Program-made: the position numbers and the translations under genes
Origin: Deltaproteobacteria bacterium
GTDB lineage: Bacteria; Desulfobacterota; Syntrophia; Syntrophales; JAAYKM01
Reading direction: 5' to 3'
Assembly (NCBI GenBank): GCA_012522415.1
Contig: JAAYKM010000091.1
Coordinates: 699 to 64,698, forward strand
DNA: 64,000 nt
The notes under the pieces: model-generated
The model's input: only the letters and a program-made list of their open reading frames with translations
What the model was told of the DNA's origin: nothing
Database searches by the model: none
Part shown: positions 38,997-49,830 of the stretch, piece after piece
Layout: each line of letters opens with the position of its first letter
How positions within the stretch are numbered: the first letter of the stretch is position 1

Positions 38997-39497
38997 CTAG
39001 AGCTCTTCAACGGCCTTGCCCCGCTGGGCTGCAATGACTTCGGGTCCTTTCAACTGTTGGAGGCCGTTGATCGTCGCTTTAACCAAATTATGCGGATTAT
39101 GGGACCCCAGACATTTTGTCAGAATGTTGTGTATGCCTGCAACCTCAAGTACGGCCCGAACGGCCCCTCCGGCTATCAAGCCGGTTCCTTCCGAAGCGGG
39201 CTTCAGAAGAACCTTACCACCACCGTAGTGGCCGAGAACCTCATAAGGAACTGTTTTATTCAGAACAGCCACCTTTGTCATGCTTTTTTTGGCCTGCTCC
39301 ATTCCTTTTCGAATCGCTTCAGGCACTTCCTGAGCCTTGCCCAGTCCCGAACCAACGGATCCATCGCCGTCGCCTACAACCACGATCGCGCTAAACCTGA
39401 ATCTCCTCCCGCCTTTGACCACTTTTGCCGTACGATTTATTGCAATCACCCTGTCAAGAAGTTCATCTTCTCTAATTTCTCTTTTATTCAAGGCCAT
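38997..39497 (-). CDS. rpsE: 30S ribosomal protein S5
   Basis: [27 protein letters not shown]. The ATG at 39497 gives about 166 aa; the ORF is open to 39548, overlapping rplR. Confidence 0.93.
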   Translation of the reverse strand: MALNKREIREDELLDRVIAINRTAKVVKGGRRFRFSAIVVVGDGDGSVGSGLGKAQEVPEAIRKGMEQAKKSMTKVAVLNKTVPYEVLGHYGGGKVLLKPASEGTGLIAGGAVRAVLEVAGIHNILTKCLGSHNPHNLVKATINGLQQLKGPEVIAAQRGKAVEEL

Positions 39498-39525
39498 TCC
39501 CTTCAGCGTATTATTGATTTGCCCA

Positions 39526-39891
39526 CTAAAACTGCAATCCACCCTCACGTGCAGCTTCCGCTAGTGCTTTGACGCGTCCATGATAAAGGAATTTACCTCG
39601 ATCAAAGACGACCCTTGTAATTCCCATTGCAAGCAGTTTTGCGGAAACCGCCTTTCCCACAGCTTTGGCCGCATCGGTTTTTTTCCCTTTAAGAACTGTC
39701 TGATCCAGTTCGTTGGACAAGGTGGAGGCTTGAACAATCGTCCTGCCGACATCGTCCGCAATTGCCTGGACATATATGTGCCGGTCACTTCGGAAAACCG
39801 AGAGCCTCGGCCGTTCCATCGTCCCCTGTACTTTAGACCGCACTCTTTTCGCCCGTTTATCCCCAATTTTTTTTATCCGCTTAGACGACAA
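39526..39891 (-). CDS. rplR: 50S ribosomal protein L18
   Basis: [17 protein letters not shown] and [26 protein letters not shown] probable TTG start at 39891 follows a GAGGGG SD. Confidence 0.92.
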   Translation of the reverse strand: MSSKRIKKIGDKRAKRVRSKVQGTMERPRLSVFRSDRHIYVQAIADDVGRTIVQASTLSNELDQTVLKGKKTDAAKAVGKAVSAKLLAMGITRVVFDRGKFLYHGRVKALAEAAREGGLQF

Positions 39892-39924
39892 TTGCCTTAC
39901 CCCTCTTTCTCTGTACTGCAACGC

Positions 39925-40467
39925 TTACTTGGCACCGACGGTCTTGCCCTCTTTTCTGCGAATCACTTCGCCGACATATCGAATCCCTTTACCCTTGTAG
40001 GGCTCGGGTTTCTTAACACCGCGGATTTCTGAGGCAACACGACCGACCAACTCTTTATCGATTCCGGACACCACGATATTGACCAGTTTATCCACTTTCA
40101 CACTGACACCATCTGGCACACTGTACTCAACTGGAGAAGAATAACCAACGGCCAGCTTCAGGAGATTATCTGCAATTTCAGCACGATATCCAACACCCGA
40201 AATCTCGAGAGCTTTTTCATATCCGACGCTGACACCGGTTACCATGTTTGCTACCAGCGTCCTGCTCAATCCCTGATATTGACCGGCTTTTCGTGTGTCC
40301 GACAACTTTTTGACTTCCGCGTTTCCCGACTCAAGAACCAATTCAACCCCTTCAGGGAGAATTCTCGTCAACGTACCCTTCGGACCTTGCACCTCAACGA
40401 AGGAGCCATCCAGTCTGATCGAAACATCACTCGGTATTTCAATGATTTTTTTCCCAATTCTTGACAT
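39925..40467 (-). CDS. rplF: 50S ribosomal protein L6
   Basis: MSRIGKKIIEIPSDV and EPYKGKGIRY. Confidence 0.96.
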   Translation of the reverse strand: MSRIGKKIIEIPSDVSIRLDGSFVEVQGPKGTLTRILPEGVELVLESGNAEVKKLSDTRKAGQYQGLSRTLVANMVTGVSVGYEKALEISGVGYRAEIADNLLKLAVGYSSPVEYSVPDGVSVKVDKLVNIVVSGIDKELVGRVASEIRGVKKPEPYKGKGIRYVGEVIRRKEGKTVGAK

Positions 40468-40506
40468 GAAAAAATCACCCCATTATTTTTACTCGAACTG
40501 ATTCAG

Positions 40507-40908
40507 TTACCATACATTACAAAGAACTTCGCCCCCGACATGCAATGCTCGGGCTTCCTTATCCGTCATGACGCCCTTCGACGTGGTAATAATGCTGATT
40601 CCATAGCCGTTGAGGACTTTGGGTATCTCATCCTTACCCAGATAAACACGGCGTCCTGGTTTACTCACACGTTGCAGGTCAGTAAAAACCGGTTTCTTGT
40701 CTCCCGTATACTTCAAGTATATCCTCAGTACGATACGACCTTTGTCATCCTTTTTCTGCTCAAAGCCGCTGATGTAACCACTGTTGACTAGCACTCTGGC
40801 GATATTCTGATTCATCCGTGAGGAAAATACATCGACGCTTTTAAAATGTACCCGACCCGCATTTCTGATTCTCGTAATCATATCTGCAATTGGATCCGTC
40901 ATACCCAT
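40507..40908 (-). CDS. rpsH: 30S ribosomal protein S8
   Basis: MGMTDPIADMITRIRNA. SD AAGGAG lies 7 nt upstream of the ATG at 40908. Confidence 0.95.
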   Translation of the reverse strand: MGMTDPIADMITRIRNAGRVHFKSVDVFSSRMNQNIARVLVNSGYISGFEQKKDDKGRIVLRIYLKYTGDKKPVFTDLQRVSKPGRRVYLGKDEIPKVLNGYGISIITTSKGVMTDKEARALHVGGEVLCNVW

Positions 40909-40943
40909 ATGAATACTCCTTTGTTCCGCCGTTTCATCTGCAT

Positions 40944-41129
40944 CTACCAACTGGATTTAATAACGCCGGGAATCTCGCCTTTTAACGAAAGGTCCCTTAA
41001 ACAAAGTCTGCACATATCGAATTTTCTGTAATATGCCCTTGATCGTCCGCAAAGAGGACAACGATTGTAGTCCCTGACCGAAAATTTTTTTTCCTTTTTA
41101 GCTTTTGCGATCAATGATTTTTTCGCCAC
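40944..41129 (-). CDS. rpsN: 30S ribosomal protein S14 type Z (zinc-binding)
   Basis: 61 aa counted from a GTG that follows [19 protein letters not shown] and [20 protein letters not shown]. Confidence 0.92.
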   Translation of the reverse strand: MAKKSLIAKAKKEKKFSVRDYNRCPLCGRSRAYYRKFDMCRLCLRDLSLKGEIPGVIKSSW

Positions 41130-41174
41130 TCCCACGCTCCTTAAGCCATCCATTTGATTCTGACAATCACGTTA

Positions 41175-41720
41175 TCAATGTTTAAAAGGAACCCCCAATA
41201 ATTTAAGGAGATACCGGGCTTCCTCATCCGTTTTGGCGGATGTCACGATGACCACATTCATCCCCCTGACCTTTTCTATTTTATCGTATTCGATTTCCGG
41301 AAATATAATCTGTTCACGAATCCCCAACGTGAAATTGCCCATCCCGTCAAAAGATGTCGGCGATATGCCCCGAAAATCACGTACGCGTGGCAAACTCACG
41401 CTAACCAGGCGATCAAAAAATTCGTACATTCTATCCCGTCTGAGCGTAACCCGACAGCCAATAGACATGCCCTGGCGTAATTTAAACGTTGCAATGGAAC
41501 GTCTCGCTTTGGTAATTACCGGCTTCTGACCCGTTATTTTAGCAATCTCCTCCATCGCGCTATCGAGCGACTTGATGTTCTGAATGGCCTCTCCCAGCCC
41601 CATATTGATCGCAATCTTTTGGATTCTGGGAACTTCCATAATGCTCTTGTAGCCAAACTCCTTCATCATTGCCGGAACGACTTCTTCTTCGTAGTATTTT
41701 TTCAGCCTTGCCTTTGCCAT
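41175..41720 (-). CDS. rplE: 50S ribosomal protein L5
   Basis: [22 protein letters not shown] and MNVVIVTSA. Confidence 0.96.
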   Translation of the reverse strand: MAKARLKKYYEEEVVPAMMKEFGYKSIMEVPRIQKIAINMGLGEAIQNIKSLDSAMEEIAKITGQKPVITKARRSIATFKLRQGMSIGCRVTLRRDRMYEFFDRLVSVSLPRVRDFRGISPTSFDGMGNFTLGIREQIIFPEIEYDKIEKVRGMNVVIVTSAKTDEEARYLLKLLGVPFKH

Positions 41721-41731
41721 AATTTCACGAC

Positions 41732-42052
41732 CTATGCATCCAATATCTCGTTACATTTTCTGCAATAACGAACTTTCTTGTTGTCATCCAATACCTTGTG
41801 GCCATAGCGAACCGCTTTGTTGCACTTACCGCATACAAGCATCACATTGGAAGTATGGATGGAACCTTCTTTTTCAAGAATGCCCCCTTTTCCCTTGGCA
41901 TCCGGCTTCTTGTGGTGCTTCAGCAAGTTGACCTTTTCGACAATGATCCGATCTTTCTTCTTAATGATTTGAAGAACCTTGCCGGTTTTGCCTTTTTCCT
42001 TACCCGTTATTACTTCTACCAGGTCACCTTTCTTCACACCTGTCTCTTGCAT
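41732..42052 (-). CDS. rplX: 50S ribosomal protein L24 (with a CxxC...CxxC zinc ribbon)
   Basis: [20 protein letters not shown] (KOW motif) and CGKCNKAV...YCRKCNE. Confidence 0.95.
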   Translation of the reverse strand: MQETGVKKGDLVEVITGKEKGKTGKVLQIIKKKDRIIVEKVNLLKHHKKPDAKGKGGILEKEGSIHTSNVMLVCGKCNKAVRYGHKVLDDNKKVRYCRKCNEILDA

Positions 42053-42122
42053 TCCTTTTCCTCATTTTTTATCTGCTTGCGCCATTTTTTATATTCGTTT
42101 CGATCTCATTGTGATCATCCCA

Positions 42123-42491
42123 CTACAGTACTTCCGGAGCCAACGATATGATTTTCATGAATTGCTTCGCCCGTAGTTCTCTTGCCACAGGCCCGAATAT
42201 TCGTGTTCCTATAGGTTCCATCTGATTTGTTATCAATACCGCTGAGTTTTCATCAAATTTTAGGTAGGAGCCATCAGGCCTTTTTATTTCCTTTGCGGTT
42301 CGCACAATCACCGCCCTCATGACATCGCCTTTTTTAACCCTGGAGTTGGGCAACGCCTCCTTGACCGAGACAACTATTATATCACCAACGCTTGCATATC
42401 TTCTTTTTGATCCACCGAGTACCTTGATACAGGCAACCCGTTTCGCTCCGGAATTGTCCGCAACGGATAATATGGTCTGCATCTGAATCAT
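42123..42491 (-). CDS. rplN: 50S ribosomal protein L14
   Basis: [28 protein letters not shown]. Confidence 0.97.
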   Translation of the reverse strand: MIQMQTILSVADNSGAKRVACIKVLGGSKRRYASVGDIIVVSVKEALPNSRVKKGDVMRAVIVRTAKEIKRPDGSYLKFDENSAVLITNQMEPIGTRIFGPVARELRAKQFMKIISLAPEVL

Positions 42492-42526
42492 AGCCGAACC
42501 TCTCTACTGTCTTTCTCTCTGAACTG

Positions 42527-42787
42527 CTATTTCGCCTTTTCCAGGATCTCGCGCACTCTCCACCGCTTATCCCTACTGAGAGGCCTTGATTCGATAATCA
42601 ACACCTTATCACCGATGCGACAGGCATTTACTTCATCGTGGGCCTTGTATTTTTTATGCCTTTTCAAATATTTATGTACAATAGGGTGTTTCACGAGCCT
42701 TTCTGACAAGACAACAATGGTTTTATCCATTTTGTCACTGACCACAACTCCCTTTATGGTTCTATTGTTCCCTCGCTCAGTCATCAC
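42527..42787 (-). CDS. rpsQ: 30S ribosomal protein S17
   Basis: [15 protein letters not shown] and [22 protein letters not shown]. Confidence 0.96.
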   Translation of the reverse strand: MMTERGNNRTIKGVVVSDKMDKTIVVLSERLVKHPIVHKYLKRHKKYKAHDEVNACRIGDKVLIIESRPLSRDKRWRVREILEKAK

Positions 42788-42978
42788 CCTCGCGCCTCCC
42801 TTTGCCTGAGAACAGTATGGACCCTTGCGATATCCTTACGAATGCTTGCCAGTGAGGCGGTCGATTCCAGCTGGCCGGACGCATGCCTCGAATTGAGCTT
42901 GAAATATTCTTCTTTTAACTCGCCAAGCTTCTGATCTAATTCGTCTTTACTCAGCTCTTTTATCACCCTAATTTTCAT
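42784..42978 (-). CDS. rpmC: 50S ribosomal protein L29
   Basis: [22 protein letters not shown] and IRKDIARV. Confidence 0.95.
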   Translation of the reverse strand: MKIRVIKELSKDELDQKLGELKEEYFKLNSRHASGQLESTASLASIRKDIARVHTVLRQREARG

Positions 42979-43390
42979 TCATGATCTCCCTAACGAGAAA
43001 TTTAGTCGTAATGGGAAGTTTGTGTGCTGCCAAACGGAACGCCTCGCGGGCAACCTCTTCCGTTACTCCCTGCATTTCATAGAGAACAGCACCCGGCCTG
43101 ACAACGGCCACCCACTCTTCCGGAGCACCTTTACCCTTACCCATACGGGTTTCCGCGGGTTTTTTCGTTACGGGTTTCTGCGGAAACACCCGAATCCAAA
43201 TTTTACCACCCCTTTTAACGTAACGTGTCATAGCAATACGCGCCGCTTCGATTTGTCGTGCCGTAATCCAGCCGCACTCGGACGCCTGCAGTCCAAATTC
43301 GCCAAAAGCGATTGTCCCACCCCGGATCGACTTGCCCCCCATACGCCCTCTTTGCATCTTCCGGTATTTTACTCTTTTCGGAGCTAACAT
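42968..43390 (-). CDS. rplP: 50S ribosomal protein L16
   Basis: [17 protein letters not shown] and [10 protein letters not shown]. Confidence 0.97.
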   Translation of the reverse strand: MLAPKRVKYRKMQRGRMGGKSIRGGTIAFGEFGLQASECGWITARQIEAARIAMTRYVKRGGKIWIRVFPQKPVTKKPAETRMGKGKGAPEEWVAVVRPGAVLYEMQGVTEEVAREAFRLAAHKLPITTKFLVREIMNEN

Positions 43391-43450
43391 GTTTATCCCT
43401 CAGCAACTGAAATGCCTGTTTTAGAACCGGAAACCCGGTCCGTATTTCCA

Positions 43451-44092
43451 TTATGCCGGTTTTTGATTCGGCAATACTTCTCCATGAAAAATCAAAACTT
43501 TAACACCGATCTGTCCGTACGCCGTATGGGCCTCCGCGAAGCCGCAATCAATATCTGCCCTCAGCGTATGCAGAGGGACCCGGCCTTCCCGGTACCACTC
43601 CGATCTGGACATTTCCGCGCCTCCCAATCGTCCGGCGCAATTGATCCGAATCCCTTTCGCGCCAAATTTCAGAGCGGATGTTACACATTTTTTCATCGCT
43701 CTGCGAAACGCCACCCTTCTTTCAAGTTGCAAAGCGACGTTTTCAGCAACAAGTTGGGCATCAATCTCCGGTTTCCTGATTTCCAGCACATTAAGAATAA
43801 TTTCGCGGTTCGTAATTCTTTCGAGGTCTTTTTTCAGCTTTTCAATCTCAGCGCCCTTCTTGCCGATAATCACTCCGGGCCTAGCGGCATAGATATTGAC
43901 TTTAGCTCTGTTGGCCGCCCTTTCTATTCCGATTCTGGATATACCCGCGTTGTAAAGTTTCTTCTTGAGATACTTTCTGACCTTCAGATCTTCGTGAAGC
44001 AGCTCAGCATACTTCTTTTCCGCATCCCACGAAGAATTCCATGTCTTGATCCCGCCTAGCCGTAACCCAACCGGATTAACCTTTTGCCCCAA
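43451..44092 (-). CDS. rpsC: 30S ribosomal protein S3
   Basis: [13 protein letters not shown], a KH domain and [31 protein letters not shown]. Confidence 0.97.
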   Translation of the reverse strand: MGQKVNPVGLRLGGIKTWNSSWDAEKKYAELLHEDLKVRKYLKKKLYNAGISRIGIERAANRAKVNIYAARPGVIIGKKGAEIEKLKKDLERITNREIILNVLEIRKPEIDAQLVAENVALQLERRVAFRRAMKKCVTSALKFGAKGIRINCAGRLGGAEMSRSEWYREGRVPLHTLRADIDCGFAEAHTAYGQIGVKVLIFHGEVLPNQKPA

Positions 44093-44112
44093 ACCTCCAC
44101 CTCCTCAAATAC

Positions 44113-44445
44113 TTACGCTTCATCCAATACAATCGTAATATGACTCATTCTCTTCTTTATCGAAGCCGCTCTTCCCTGAGCACGGGCCCGCCATCTCTTG
44201 AGGACCGGCCCCTGGTCAACAAATATTTTCTTTATGTACAGAATATTTTCATCGATATCCGGATTCTGGCTCGCATTCGCCACGGCCGATTTCAGTAGTT
44301 TCGTCACAATACCCGAAGCTTTCTTTCGCGTAAAATCCAGTATTCTAAGGGCCTCCTCAACACGCTTCCCTCTGATCAAATCAACAACCAATCTCGCCTT
44401 TTGAGGTGAGATCCGGACATATCTAACAACGGCTCTTGCTTCCAT
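44113..44445 (-). CDS. rplV: 50S ribosomal protein L22
   Basis: [27 protein letters not shown]. The ATG at 44445 gives 110 aa; the ORF is open to 44490. Confidence 0.94.
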   Translation of the reverse strand: MEARAVVRYVRISPQKARLVVDLIRGKRVEEALRILDFTRKKASGIVTKLLKSAVANASQNPDIDENILYIKKIFVDQGPVLKRWRARAQGRAASIKKRMSHITIVLDEA

Positions 44446-44490
44446 ATCCCTAAAGACTCCAATCATATCGGCCATGTGCCAGTGAATCAT

Positions 44491-44772
44491 TCACTTCCTA
44501 ACCTTGGTTTTCCGGTCCCCCGCATGGCTATAGAAGGTTCGGGTCTGTGCAAATTCACCCAGTTTGTGCCCCACCATATTTTCTGTTACGAACACCGGAA
44601 TAAACTTCTTTCCATTATGAACCGCAAAAGTATGTCCGATCAATTCCGGCGTAATGGTTGAACGGCGCGACCACGTCTGGATAACCGCCTTGCTTCCCGA
44701 TCCTTCGACTTTCCTAACTTTTTCAATAAGTTTCTCTTCTATGTACGGGCCTTTACGTATTGAGCGCGCCAC
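44491..44772 (-). CDS. rpsS: 30S ribosomal protein S19
   Basis: [12 protein letters not shown] and [23 protein letters not shown]. Confidence 0.97.
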   Translation of the reverse strand: MARSIRKGPYIEEKLIEKVRKVEGSGSKAVIQTWSRRSTITPELIGHTFAVHNGKKFIPVFVTENMVGHKLGEFAQTRTFYSHAGDRKTKVRK

Positions 44773-44775
44773 TTC

Positions 44776-45597
44776 TTATCCCCTTCTCTTTACAATATAC
44801 TTGTCGGTCCTCTTATTTCTTCTCGTCTTATGACCTTTCGTCGGGATACCCCAAGGCGTACAGGGGTGCCTGCCGCCCGAGCTCTTGCCTTCCCCGCCTC
44901 CCATCGGATGGTCAACTGGATTCATGACCACCCCTCTCACCTTGGGACGTTCACCAAGCCAGCGTGATCTCCCCGCCTTGCCTATGCTTATATTTTCATT
45001 TTCGATATTACCCACCTGGCCTATCGTGGCTCGGCATTCAATAAAAACCTTACGCACCTCACCAGAGGGTAGTCTCACTTGAGCATAGTCTCCTTCTTTG
45101 GCCATTAACTGTCCATATGAACCGGCACTGCGGATTAATTGTCCGCCCTTGCCGACTTTCAATTCCAGATTATGAATAAGCGACCCCAAAGGAATGTTCT
45201 TCAGGGGCATTGCATTCCCCGGCTTGATATCCGCTTTTTCGTCACTGATAATTCGATCTCCAACCGACAGCTTGGCCGGTGCAATAATATATCTCTTTTC
45301 ACCATCGGCATAATGCAACAACGCAATGCGACTGGTTCGATTGGGATCGTACTCCACCGAAAAGACCTTGGCCGGAACACTATCCTTATCGCGCCGGAAA
45401 TCGATGACCCGGTAACGTCGTTTGTGGCCGCCACCCATGCGGCGCATGGTAATGCGCCCATGACAGTTACGCCCCCCTGTCTTCTTAATAGGCCGCAGCA
45501 AACCCTTTTCCGGCTCTGCCTTGGTAATTTCTTTAAAATCCGAACAGGTTTGAAACCGTCTACCCGGTGATGTGGGTTTATACTTTACAATCGCCAT
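44776..45597 (-). CDS. rplB: 50S ribosomal protein L2
   Basis: [14 protein letters not shown] and [14 protein letters not shown]. Confidence 0.97.
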   Translation of the reverse strand: MAIVKYKPTSPGRRFQTCSDFKEITKAEPEKGLLRPIKKTGGRNCHGRITMRRMGGGHKRRYRVIDFRRDKDSVPAKVFSVEYDPNRTSRIALLHYADGEKRYIIAPAKLSVGDRIISDEKADIKPGNAMPLKNIPLGSLIHNLELKVGKGGQLIRSAGSYGQLMAKEGDYAQVRLPSGEVRKVFIECRATIGQVGNIENENISIGKAGRSRWLGERPKVRGVVMNPVDHPMGGGEGKSSGGRHPCTPWGIPTKGHKTRRNKRTDKYIVKRRG

Positions 45598-45617
45598 CCG
45601 TTATATTCTCCTCGGAA

Positions 45618-45905
45618 CTATACGCCATCAAATATTTCAATCTTGCTCCCCGGTACAAGCTTGACGATCGCTTTTTTCCAATCTTGCGTTCTCCCTATGT
45701 TCCTGCCAACGCGCTTTCTCTTTCCCCGCATATTCATTACACGAACATTCAGAACCTTGACTTTGAATAACTTCTCAACAGCCTGACCGATTTCTATTTT
45801 ATTCGCTCGTCGATCCACTTCAAATGTATACTTGTCTAATTCGTCTCTCTCGAGCGTACTCTTTTCCGTAATGAGAGGCCTTTTTATACTCCGATACCGT
45901 TCCAT
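45618..45905 (-). CDS. rplW: 50S ribosomal protein L23
   Basis: [10 protein letters not shown] and [22 protein letters not shown]. Confidence 0.95.
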   Translation of the reverse strand: MERYRSIKRPLITEKSTLERDELDKYTFEVDRRANKIEIGQAVEKLFKVKVLNVRVMNMRGKRKRVGRNIGRTQDWKKAIVKLVPGSKIEIFDGV

Positions 45906-46528
45906 CAGGCTAATAACACCCCCTCTATCTTTTTAACGGAGGGCTCCAAGAAGACAATGTCCCTATAGTCCAACAAATCGTACACGTTAATCCCTTCCGA
46001 TCTGATCATCTTAACATTTTTCAGATTCCGAGAAGACATCTCGAGAACGGGATATGACTGATCAATCACAAACAGCGTCTTCCCCCATCCAAAACGGTCC
46101 ATGACTTCCTTGAATTTTTTTGTCTTGATCGCGTCCATCGGGAAATCCTTCAAAACGAACATCAGATTTTCCCGATATTTCATGCTGAGTGCAGAAATCA
46201 ACGCTCTCCTACGTACTTTGCGGGGCACTTTGAACGCATAGGTGCGAGGCTGTGGCCCGAAAACGACACCGCCTCCCCTCCACAAAGGCGAGCGCCTCGT
46301 TCCTGCACGAGCCCGACCGGTTCCCTTTTGTCGCCACGGTTTTCTCCCGCCGCCCCTTACTTCGCTTCTTCCCTTTGTCTTGGATGTACCTCTCCTTCGT
46401 GATGCATGTTGCATACGGACGACTTCATAAATCACATCCTGATTCACGTCACCACCGAACACCGCATCACTCAGCTCAATTTCCGACACCTTCTGCCTGT
46501 CAGTATTATACACTTCAACCGTCGGCAT
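45905..46528 (-). CDS. rplD: 50S ribosomal protein L4
   Basis: MPTVEVYN and [18 protein letters not shown]. The ATG at 46528 follows a GGAG SD; the ORF is open to 46651, overlapping rplC. Confidence 0.94.
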   Translation of the reverse strand: MPTVEVYNTDRQKVSEIELSDAVFGGDVNQDVIYEVVRMQHASRRRGTSKTKGRSEVRGGGRKPWRQKGTGRARAGTRRSPLWRGGGVVFGPQPRTYAFKVPRKVRRRALISALSMKYRENLMFVLKDFPMDAIKTKKFKEVMDRFGWGKTLFVIDQSYPVLEMSSRNLKNVKMIRSEGINVYDLLDYRDIVFLEPSVKKIEGVLLA

Positions 46529-46544
46529 GCTCTTTACTCCAGTT

Positions 46545-47180
46545 CTACTTATTTCTCGATTTGATGGATTGTTTGACAAGCAGGAGGCCGTTTTTACCTC
46601 CGGGCACGGCCCCTTTGACCAGCATGATATTCTTTTCCGGCCGAATCGCACATACCTGAAGGTTTTTGACCGTACTCCTTACATTACCCATCTGGCCCGG
46701 TAGGCGTGTCCCTTTGAAGACCTTGGCTGGATCGGCACTTGCGCCGATGGATCCCGGGGCACGATGGAACATCGAGCCATGTGAAGCCCGACCACCCCCG
46801 AATCCGTGTCTTTTCATAACACCGGCAAATCCCTTACCTTTCGTAGTTCCTGTGATATCCACATATTCACCGGAACTGTATATGTCCACCTTGATCTCTT
46901 CACCCAATTCGTATTCTTCGGGATTCCCAGGCATTTCTCTTAAATACCGGAAAGTGCCCTTGCCGGTGTTTTTAAAATGCCCCTGAAGGGGCTTGGTCAC
47001 ATGGGATTGTTTAATCCTCCCATATCCCAGCTGAATGGCATCATATCCATCCTTCGCCACCGTCTTTTTCTGGATGACCACAGACGGTTCCATCTCGATG
47101 ATCGTGACAGGTATTGCCTCTCCATCCTCTGCAAACACCTGCGTCATACCCAGCTTTCTGCCAATCAGTCCCTTTTTCAT
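46545..47180 (-). CDS. rplC: 50S ribosomal protein L3
   Basis: GLIGRKLGMTQVF and TKGKGFAGVMKRHGF.GG.ASHG. Confidence 0.95.
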   Translation of the reverse strand: MKKGLIGRKLGMTQVFAEDGEAIPVTIIEMEPSVVIQKKTVAKDGYDAIQLGYGRIKQSHVTKPLQGHFKNTGKGTFRYLREMPGNPEEYELGEEIKVDIYSSGEYVDITGTTKGKGFAGVMKRHGFGGGRASHGSMFHRAPGSIGASADPAKVFKGTRLPGQMGNVRSTVKNLQVCAIRPEKNIMLVKGAVPGGKNGLLLVKQSIKSRNK

Positions 47181-47251
47181 CACTCTCTCGTTTATTTTTC
47201 TCGTTACAAATTCCAAACACCACCATTAAGAAAGATCTTTGCTTAATGCCG

Positions 47252-47560
47252 TCACGCCTTGATCTCGACATCCACACCAGCAGACAATTCCAGCTTCATC
47301 AGGGCGTCCACCGTAGATTGAGTCGGTTCAATGATGTCTATCAAACGCTTATGCGTACGAATTTCAAACTGTTCCCGTGACTTTTTGTCCACATGGGGTG
47401 AGCGGTTTACACAGTACTTGTTAATCTCCGTCGGCAGAGGAATCGGCCCCGCCACCGCAGCACCGGTTCTTTTCGCTGTCTCCACAATCTCCTCAACCGA
47501 GCGGTCAAGCAGTTTGTAATCATAGGCCTTAAGTCGAATTCTAATTTTCTGATCTTTCAT
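47252..47560 (-). CDS. rpsJ: 30S ribosomal protein S10
   Basis: [15 protein letters not shown] and GPIPLPT. Confidence 0.97.
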   Translation of the reverse strand: MKDQKIRIRLKAYDYKLLDRSVEEIVETAKRTGAAVAGPIPLPTEINKYCVNRSPHVDKKSREQFEIRTHKRLIDIIEPTQSTVDALMKLELSAGVDVEIKA

Positions 47561-47588
47561 TGATTTCCGTTACATCCCATTCATAAAT

Positions 47589-48782
<1,194 letters not shown>

Positions 48783-48891
48783 CTTAATCCCCTCCTTCAG
48801 GTTTGAGTGATTCTTTTTTATTGATTTGTTGTCGATTTAACCAGCTTACTTTATCCCTGAATTTACTGTATCCGCATGGAAATTACAGAAA

Positions 48892-49362
48892 TTAAAATCT
48901 ATAATGAGCGAATGCTTTGTTTGCCTCCGCCATCTTGTGTACACTTTCCCGCTTCTTGATAGAGGCGCCTCGATTGTTGGCTGCATCGATAAATTCCGCC
49001 GCCAGCTTTTCTCTCATCGTTTTCTCAGAACGCTCCCGCGAGTTGGTGATCAGCCAGCGGATACCCAACGCAACCCTTCTTGAGGGGACGACTTCGGTCG
49101 GCACCTGATAGGTCGATCCACCTACCCTCCTAGATTTGACCTCAATCACCGGTTTAACATTGTTGACGGCCTTTTCGAATACCTCAAGGGGCGCTTCCTT
49201 CAGTTTCTTTTCGATGATATCGAAAGCGCCGTAAAGGATGAACTCCGCCACACTCTTCTTGCCGCATCTCATCAGGTTGTTGATGAACTTGGCCACCAAT
49301 TTGCTATTGTATTTAGGGTCCGCTTGGATCTCCCGTTTTGCAATTTCTCTTCTTCTGGGCAT
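48892..49362 (-). CDS. rpsG: 30S ribosomal protein S7
   Basis: [17 protein letters not shown] and the C-terminal AFAHYRF. Confidence 0.97.
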   Translation of the reverse strand: MPRRREIAKREIQADPKYNSKLVAKFINNLMRCGKKSVAEFILYGAFDIIEKKLKEAPLEVFEKAVNNVKPVIEVKSRRVGGSTYQVPTEVVPSRRVALGIRWLITNSRERSEKTMREKLAAEFIDAANNRGASIKKRESVHKMAEANKAFAHYRF

Positions 49363-49376
49363 TATCCTGTCTCCGC

Positions 49377-49748
49377 TTAGCTCGGTTTTTTCGCTCCATA
49401 CTTGGACCTACCCTGCTTCCGATCCGCAACACCGACGGAATCAAGAGTGCCGCGAACAACATGATAGCGGACACCGGGCAAATCCTTGACTCTCCCCCCT
49501 CTGACCAGCTCCACGGAGTGCTCCTGGAGATTGTGTCCAACCCCTGGTATGTAAGAGCTTACCTCATAACCGCTTGTCAAACGTACTCTCGCCACTTTTC
49601 TTAAAGCCGAATTGGGCTTCTTGGGCGTCGTTGTGTAAACCCTCACACAAACGCCTCTGCGCTGTGGCGAACCAGCCAGCGCCGGCGTTGCCGCCTTCTT
49701 TGCAAGCCTCTCCCGTCCTTTTCTGACCAACTGATTAACTGTAGGCAT
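49377..49748 (-). CDS. rpsL: 30S ribosomal protein S12
   Basis: [12 protein letters not shown] and [28 protein letters not shown] lies directly upstream of the ATG at 49748. Confidence 0.96.
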   Translation of the reverse strand: MPTVNQLVRKGRERLAKKAATPALAGSPQRRGVCVRVYTTTPKKPNSALRKVARVRLTSGYEVSSYIPGVGHNLQEHSVELVRGGRVKDLPGVRYHVVRGTLDSVGVADRKQGRSKYGAKKPS

Positions 49749-49830
49749 TCTTCCTCCCGAAACCCAATCTCTACCCAAGGCAATGAAGCCCGTGTCAATA
49801 TCAATTCACTCAATGAATGTCAAGCGTTTT

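Noticed and set aside
39498-39548. N-terminal extensions of many ribosomal-protein ORFs in the track (S5, L22, L4, L3, S12, S8, S14, L10, L13, NusG, L33 and others).
   Set aside because: The extensions overlap upstream genes or tRNAs, often start at GTG or TTG, and lack SD sequences. Internal starts with good SD spacing give canonical protein lengths and N-termini.
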